Positions 31,650 through 38,799 of a stretch of DNA of 38,799 nt are shown in pieces. The DNA is from Folioceros fuciformis (taxonomy: Eukaryota): NCBI GenBank assembly GCA_049999805.1, contig JBNGIO010006289.1, positions 663,141 through 701,939 on the forward strand. The letters are read 5' to 3'. Both the position numbers and the translations under genes were made by a program. The notes under the pieces were generated by a model. That model worked only from the letters and a program-made list of their open reading frames with translations. It did no database searches and was not told the origin of the DNA. Numbering within the stretch: position 1 is the first letter of the stretch; every line of letters begins with the position of its first letter.

Positions 31650-32560
31650 AATGTTTAGCAGCACATATCACTTAGCATCATTGAAGATAGAACAAGCTTG
31701 AGCCGATGTTCGAAAACCAACTATGCAATGCACTTTTCCAAAAAGGATAAGGAGATTCTCAACTTGTTAAAGTTCATCTACTTCAATGTTATGAAAGAAT
31801 TGAGTTTCTATATGTATAAGGATCTTTGTGAGTTCATAATACAAAGACATATAATATAGTCAATACTTGCATGGAGCATGTGTTTTTTATCACCAATTTT
31901 TTATGTGAATAATAAAATGAGAGGTTATATGTAAGTCCATGGTTTGGGATGTTCATAAATGAGGGGACATATAAGGTAATGGTGCAACTCATAATTATTT
32001 ATGGGAAATATTTGTAACATGGGGCGATGTGAATGAAATTTTTGAAGCTAGCCAAGATTAAAAGTGCACATACATAAGAGGGATCTTCAATGCTTTGGTT
32101 AAGCAATTCCAGCTCTTTGATCTGGAGAGAAAATGAGTGAATTCACGAGCAATGAAGCCTCAGTCATGGTTGGCAAGGGTGAATGCTAGGAGATCACAAT
32201 GTTTTGAAGTTTTGACGTAATGTGAATCCATATTTTGCTCAAGCTCATTATGTTGGTTACTATCCATTACTTGCAGTTTTAAATACAACATCCAAGGTTT
32301 TCATCTTAGAGATAGCAGACAAAATTTTGAGGAAATTGTCTGCTACTCTTCATCATTCAAGCAAAAAGACTACGGCTTTGCGTGAATTGCAAGTGCATTT
32401 AAAAATGGTACTCTTAACTGTATCAAAAATTTATGATAACCATCAGTAAGCAAAAGGGCAAGCCATGAGTAGAAGAGTTTTTTTACAACTAGTTTTACTT
32501 AAATTTGCGCAAGAGTATAAGAGCCTAAATTTTTTGAGACCTTCGCATAATTCTTGAGAA
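31650..32560 (+). mobile_element. Decayed hAT-superfamily (ZNF862-like) transposase remnant
   Basis: SNEASVMVGKG (cf. TDGASVMxG), NPYFAQAHYVGY.PLLAV (cf. P....HC..H.L.LA) and LHHSSKKTTALRELQ (cf. F..S.KR...L..IQ). There are many stops. Boundaries and TIRs were not identified. Confidence 0.55.
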
Positions 32561-33439
32561 ATTAGGTATCATCTTAGAGTAGCCTAAGGTCAACAACAAA
32601 GGCATTCTTTGTAAACATGTTTTCACCGACATCATAAGGTTGATGCGCCACTCCCCATCCCTTTCCACAATGTCAACAAGTTCATGCATAGCAACTTCAC
32701 TCATTTCCAATCCATCATGGTTTGAATTTAGCAAGGAATTTAGAAGATGCACATGAATCTCTACATGAGGAATGGAGGAGCTCCCTTTCTATCCAAAAGG
32801 GGAGAACTCCCTTATGAGGAAACCCTGCACACACAGATCCAAGCCAGAAATTGCGAAAACGGCCACTGCAGGAGCCTAGGGGACATGAAATTTTTCAGCG
32901 CACACCTCCTACTATGTGCATGCATGCACGAGCAGAGTCTGAGGTGTCCACATGTGCGTCGCGTCCATGTTGAGCACGTGCGATGATGTTCTTCACCCCC
33001 AATCTCATGCTTGGGCGTTAATCTCCCTCCATCGCCATAGTTGAAGATGAGGTGGTTTTCCTTGCGGGCTTACTCATGAACGGGGAGGAGCATGCTATGC
33101 ATAACTAATGTATGTACCCCGCTCCTTATGGGTACACACGAAGAGGTATCCTGTACTTTCAATAATGCTTATATTTCACCATTTTAGATATTTTTTTAAC
33201 CCTTATTTTCCATGAAGAAAACTGTGAACTAGAATGATATGATGACGATGGTATAAACATCTCCAATAATTTTTCTGCTCAAATAGAAGGAGTCAATCTA
33301 TAAGTTCCTGAAATCTGTGAGGAAAGTCCCTCATGGACGTCGAGTACTCTGAGAAAATCATATGTTGCTGGGAAGCATATTGAAGAGCTTAGCGAATATG
33401 CTATGACACTATGAGTTTTCTAGTAATCGGGTCAAATAA

Positions 33440-34172
33440 TTTGTCAAATAATTACCTTCATTGTAGGTTTATCATCTAATTTGTTGCGCTATGCCTTAGG
33501 GATAAAAACATAAGCAATACAGCCAAAAACTCAAAGATGGTTGATGGAAGGCTTTCTGCCAATAAATATTTCATGAGGTGTCTTACCTTTTACAGTAGAA
33601 GTTGGTATTCAATTGATGAGATAGATTGTTGTTTGCATGGCTTTGGCCCATTAAGTTTTAGGTAATGTAGCTTAAGAGAGCAAGCAACCAGTAATCTTTT
33701 GAAGGCATAAATTTTTATTCTCTACTACGCCATTTTGTTGAGAGGTATTCATAACTGTAAGTTGTCAAGCTATACCTTCAACACAACAAAATGTAGCAAA
33801 GGTATTGGATGTGAATTCTCATCCATTGTTAGAATAGAGGGTCTTGAATTTCTTGTCCATAAGTCTCTGTGCCCACAGCATGTAACCTTGAAATACTGAA
33901 AGGCTTGACTTTTATATTAAAGGATGTATGTTGTAGTGAAGCGGATGAAGTCATCTATAAAAGTGATGAAGTATTTGCAACCACTAAAGGAGGGTGCAGA
34001 GATTGGGCCACAAATATCTGTATAAACTAACTCTAAAAGAGCATGGGCCCGATGTGGAGAGTTGTTGTGAAATGGAGCTTGGTGTCATTTAGTGAGGACA
34101 TAGGCCTCGCACAAAGACAGGGGTTCTATCTTTGATAGGGTGCGGTTTCTATACAAATTTCCCTTTGACAGT
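33440..34172 (-). mobile_element. Old copia integrase remnant
   Basis: Minus-strand LCEA..., LELVYTDICGPISAPSFSGCKYFITFIDDF, KTLYSNNG*EFTS, QQNGVVENKN, YLIN*IPT..KTPHE..GRKPSINHL*VFGC. Confidence 0.85.
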
Positions 34173-35315
34173 TGTATATATAGGATTGATCTAGGAGCTA
34201 CATGGTGAAGGAGAGGAGAGGAGGAGGAGAAAGAGAGGTCACACTCTCACAATGAGTCTCACACAATGAGTCTCTCACTATAGCAAGGGAGCTCAAGGGG
34301 GTACTTATACCCTCTAGAAGAGCTGGCTAGGAAGCTGCGCAAGAAGCTTCCTATAGATTAGCTTAAGCTAATCTAAACTAATGATACTTAACTAGACACT
34401 AATCTTAGACTAAACACATTAGTCTAAGCACATTGGGCTTTAATAACCCTACAACCTCCCACTTAAAGGCCAATTTACCTTTATAGGAGAGTGGTCTACC
34501 TCATGCCCATGACTGTCCGAGCTTGTGCAAATTGCTCCGAAGAGAGCCCCTTGGTAAGAACATCTGTAGGGTTCTGACTAGTGTGAACTTTGACAAGTTG
34601 TACCCTCTTGTCTTCCAACACCTCTCGAATGAAGTGATACTTCACTTCTACATGTTTGGTCTTCGCATGAAACACTGGATTCTTTGCCAATTGAATAGCA
34701 CTCTAGCTATCACAATGCAACAATGGCAGCTCAACCTTGATCCCCAAATCTCCCACTAAACGAGCAAGCCACATGGCTTCCTTGCACGCCTCAATTGCTG
34801 CAACATACTCGGCCTCTGTGGTAGATAGCGTTATGCACGATTGCAAACGAGATCGCCATGAGACTGCCCCTCTTGTGCACATGAAGAAATAACCTGATGT
34901 GGACCTCCTTTTGTCCATATCCCCTGCATAATCAGCATCCGTATATCCCACGACAGATGCAACTTCACTACCAAAACATAAGCACAAAGCTTTTGTACCA
35001 TTCAAGTACCTCATACCTCCTTTCACTGCCTCCCAATGCTTTCTGCGAGGGTTTGACATAAACCTGCTAACCACTCCCACTGCAAAGGCAATGTCAGGAC
35101 ATGTAGCAATCATTGCATACATCAAACTCCCTACAGCTGATGAGTATGGAACCTTCTCCATTTCAGCTTTGTCCTCCGCAAAGCTTGGGCAATCCTTGCT
35201 CGACAGTTTCACATATGGAGGCAACGAAGTACTCAATACCTTCCCCTTCTCCATATTGAAACGTTGAATCACTTTGTTAATGTATTCAGTCTGAGACAAG
35301 TAAAGCAAATGCTTC
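34173..35315 (-). mobile_element. Second copia element: RT C-terminus, RNaseH, PPT and 3' LTR (about 34173-34453)
   Basis: LYLSQTEYINKV...VPYSSAVGSLMYAM...YTDADYAGD...LSTTEAEY...CDS*SAI.LAKNPVFHAKTKH...DVLTKGL. The PPT AAGTGGGAGGT precedes TGTAGGG at 34453. The distal LTR end is approximate. Confidence 0.88.
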
Positions 35316-38300
35316 TGTTTATCAAGACATGGACTAGGATCGGCCGAACAGGAGCGAAACGTGCGTGAGAAAAAGATTGTGAATTATGTTGTGTCCGTCG
35401 GCCTTTGTGGTCGCGCGAACAGGAGGTCGGTACGGCAGTTAGCCGTTACCTAGCAGTTGGTCGTTGGCCTTCTGCCCATATAGCTAGGGTAGCGTTTCGT
35501 ATCTAAATATGTAAAACCCTAACTAGCATAAGTGTTCGAGTATTAAAGTAATTAGGGCACAGCCCTTTTCTAACACTCCCACTTGCTCGACACTTTGCGC
35601 CCGCCGCCAGCCTCCGGCAGGAAACATGAATCTTGGCTAGATGTCTCCGGTTTGGATCTGGATGGCCTGCCTTTTGCTTGTCGCTGGAATCATTGCTAAG
35701 CTCGAGAGAGCGTGCTCCGCATCACGCCGCCAGCGTCCTTCTTCAGATTGCCTTGAAGGCTTGTAGCGCCTTCCAAAGTTTTCTCGATGTCCAGAGTTGA
35801 ACATGTTGTTGGAGCAGGCAGAGATCGGCCGGAATGGCAGCTTGGCACTTCATTACTCTCCATGGTTCCGCGAGGATCTTGAGTGAGCTTGAATTTCCTG
35901 CAAAACAAACAGCATGCACCCATCCTTTTGTGCAGCTACCCTGGTGAGGTGCCGCCCTGACCAGTAATTGGTTTGTCTGTGAGGCCAAGGCCGGTGCAGT
36001 GCTTGTCGTGCTTATCTCGTGAGAGTGGCTTTGTAAATATGTCCGCTGTGTTGTCATCTGTGGGGACGTACTCTAGGTGGATATGCCTATCTGCTATTGC
36101 TTGCCGTATGAAATGAAACCTAACATCTATGTGCCTCGTGCGTGCGTGCATGACCGGATTCCGAGACAACGCGATGGCGGACTGATTGTCACAGAATTTG
36201 GTCGTTGGCTCAGGTTGTGTCATCCCGATGGAGTCCAGCAAAGCTCTTGCATGCAGCACTTCCTGTGTGGCCGATGTCGCTGCTATGTACTCTGCCGCAG
36301 TGGAGGACAGAGCAACGATTTGCTGCCTTTTACAGGTCCAAGAGATGGTGCTCCCACTCAAAATCACACAAAAAGCCGTGACCGACTTGCGAGTATCCTT
36401 ATCTCCTGCCCAGTCCGCATCATTAAAGCAGGCTAAAGTAGGAGGTATCTTGCCTGGCTGATGCTTGTACAGAAGGCCAAGCTTTGGATGCAATTTTAGG
36501 TATCTCAAAGCTCTCTTTGCCTTCGTCCAGTGCTGCTGTCTAGGGTTAGATATATACTTCGAAATGTTGTGAGAAGACAGAGCAAGATCCGGTCTCGTCC
36601 AGCCACTCAGCCAGACTAGGCATCCTGCTAGTTCGCCGTAGGGAATGCCTAACATCTCCTACCTCTCCTTGTCTGTAGTAGGTGCCTGGTCCACCGAGGA
36701 AAAGTCTCCCACTGCGAGAGGTGTACTTACAGACTTGCAGTCCTTCATGCCGAACTTTTCCAGGAGCCTGTACACATAATGCTCCTGATGGATAAAGATA
36801 CTCGAGTCAACCAGGTTGACGATTGCTGGCACTCCCAGGAAAAACTTGACCATGCCCAGGTCAGTGATTTTGAATTCTGAGGACAGGATGTCCTTCACTT
36901 TCTGCATGATCTTTGGTGCACTTGCAAAAATTAGCGTGTCATCAACATAGAGAGCGAGGTACGCCACCGCATCCCCTTCTCTCAAAATATAAACATTGCC
37001 ATCTAATGGTGATTGTACAAAACCTGACTTGATCAAGTATTGATGGATGCGATTGTACCAGGCTCTTGGAGACTGCTTCAGGCCATACAATGTCTTCTGT
37101 AGCTTGCAGAAGTGATTCGGATGGGACTTACTGACGTAGCCCTCCGGCTGCTCCATGTAAACTTCTTCTTCTAGGGTACCATTTAGAAAGGCGGTTTGTA
37201 CATCCATTTGGTGCACTTGCATCTTCATTTGTACAGCAACAGCCAGCAGTGCCCTTACAGAGGTAGACTTCACAACAGGAGAGAAGATCTCATTATAATC
37301 GAGGCCTTCTCGTTGTGACAACCCTCGCACCACTAACCTTGCTTTGAAGCGACTTGTGCTCCCATCAGGATGGAGTTTCCGCTTGAAGACCCATTTGCAA
37401 GTAATGGGTTGTCTGCCTGGAGGAAGAGGGCGCAGCTGCCAAGTATGGTTGTCGATCAAAGACTGATACTCTGAATCAATAGCAGCCTACCACTCTTTGT
37501 GCTCCTTTGAAGTCAAAACTTCCCGGTAGGACGCGGGTTCACCCAAATCTTGTGCAGCCATCAACGCTTGCGCCAGGAGAGCTCTGTGGGACACATTCGC
37601 TGCAGGCTGGGTGGTCTCCTCCACTACAGGCATACCTTCATGTCCTTCGTCTTCTGCAGCAGGTAAGACTTCGACGTGTACTTCTTCGACTGCTGGCAAA
37701 ATTGATGGCTCCTTTCTCCCCCATTTGACAGCAGGCCGAGAGAATGTTGGTGACAGTGGGGGCTCCTTCCAGTCAGCTGAAGAGGTAGTGTGATACCTAG
37801 TAGACCGTCTTGGTGCTCCCACTGCAGCTGGAAAGGGAATAGGCTCCTCAACCGCAGCCACACCACCCTCATTGTCGCTGTCCTCCTCGAAAAAGCTGAC
37901 GTCTCCCGGGGGTAAGTCAGTCTCTCCCTGAACGCCTGCCTCTGCATTGGTTGTGTTAGCAGGTTCATGATCCCCGTCATAGCTGTGAGAGTCACTGTCA
38001 CTGTCACTGTCACTGTCAGATGAAAGCTGACTATTGTTCTGAACATTGCTAGGCATGCTACTTGTACTACTACTGCTAAACAACGAATTTGTAGCTTCAC
38101 TATCTGACGAGCTACTCTGTGAATTATTGTTCTTGGACGTCTTGGAGCTTGAATCCAGAACATAGTGATCGTCAAATATGCCGTGCCGAGAGTAGCTTGT
38201 CTTTCGAGTTGTCGGATCGAAGACTTTATATCCCTTAATGCCCTCCGTGTAACCCACAAACAGCAGTTTGCGTGCCTTGTAGTCCATCTTCCGCCTAGTC

Positions 38301-38799
38301 TGTGTGGGGACATGGATATACACTGGTGAGCCGAAAACACGGAGGTGAGCTATTCGGGGCTTATGACCTGTCCAACGTTGATAAGGTGTCTCTCCAGTGA
38401 ATGCTGATGTTGGTAGTCTGTTCTGGATGTAGGTCACAGCTGAGACTGCCTCTGCCCAGTATCCTCGGGACAATTGGGCCTGATGGAGCATCGTCTTAGC
38501 ACCCTCTTGTATGTACCGATTCTTTCTCTCTGAAAGGGGGTTCTGGTCAGAAGAGTAAGCCACCGTAAACTGCCTTGCTATGCCTTCCTTCTCACAGTAT
38601 GCCTTGAAATCGCCAAGGGCCAGCTCACTAGCGTTATCACTTCTCAGGCTCTTCAGTTTATGGCCTGTAAAACGCTCCGCATACTGTATGTACCTAACAA
38701 ACATGTCTAACGCCTGACTTTTATGTGACAGAAAATATGTCAGGGTATAACGACTCCAATCATCTACAATGACCATGAAATACTTGGCCCCACCAAACG
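35316..38799 (-). mobile_element. Third (youngest) copia element: integrase, RT, RNaseH, PPT and 3' LTR (about 35316-35575); runs off the window
   Basis: One reading frame IVDDWSR..LRSDN..SERKNR / WVFKRK..KARLV..YGLKQSPRAW..LYVDD / DADWAGD..ADIFTKPL, broken only by TAG codons. PPT CAAGTGGGAG at 35585-35576, LTR TGTTAG...AAACA. Confidence 0.93.

Noticed and set aside
37991-38018. (GTCACT)n hexamer repeat
   Set aside because: It encodes the Ser-Asp low-complexity linker between integrase and RT, which is ordinary for copia.

Overview
Eukaryotic nuclear DNA from a land plant. Gene density, roughly 80-150 nt GT-AG introns and GC-rich exons suggest a compact non-seed-plant genome, possibly a hornwort (inference only). 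A gene-rich block carries, in order: the 3' end of DNA ligase IV (+), a BODYGUARD-type alpha/beta hydrolase (-), a full-length decayed Ty1/copia element with both LTRs, PBS, PPT, TSD and a nested solo LTR, a membrane-anchored chitinase-like (CTL-type) GH19 gene, a canonical GH19 chitinase, TRM82/WDR4, an 11-exon SLC1/DAACS (EAAT/GltPh-family) transporter, a membrane-anchored GH9 endoglucanase, a CHI-fold fatty-acid-binding protein (FAP2-like) and PsaH (-). The last 9 kb holds a decayed hAT-like transposase and three stacked copia elements. The most notable items are (i) the intron-rich SLC1/DAACS transporter, whose core motifs are altered (NMDGT->NRDGT; TM8 amino-binding Asp->Ser as in DctA), and (ii) a CTL-like GH19 that keeps the catalytic His-Glu next to a canonical chitinase with the same intron positions. 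All calls come from manual translation and recalled motifs; no database searches were run.
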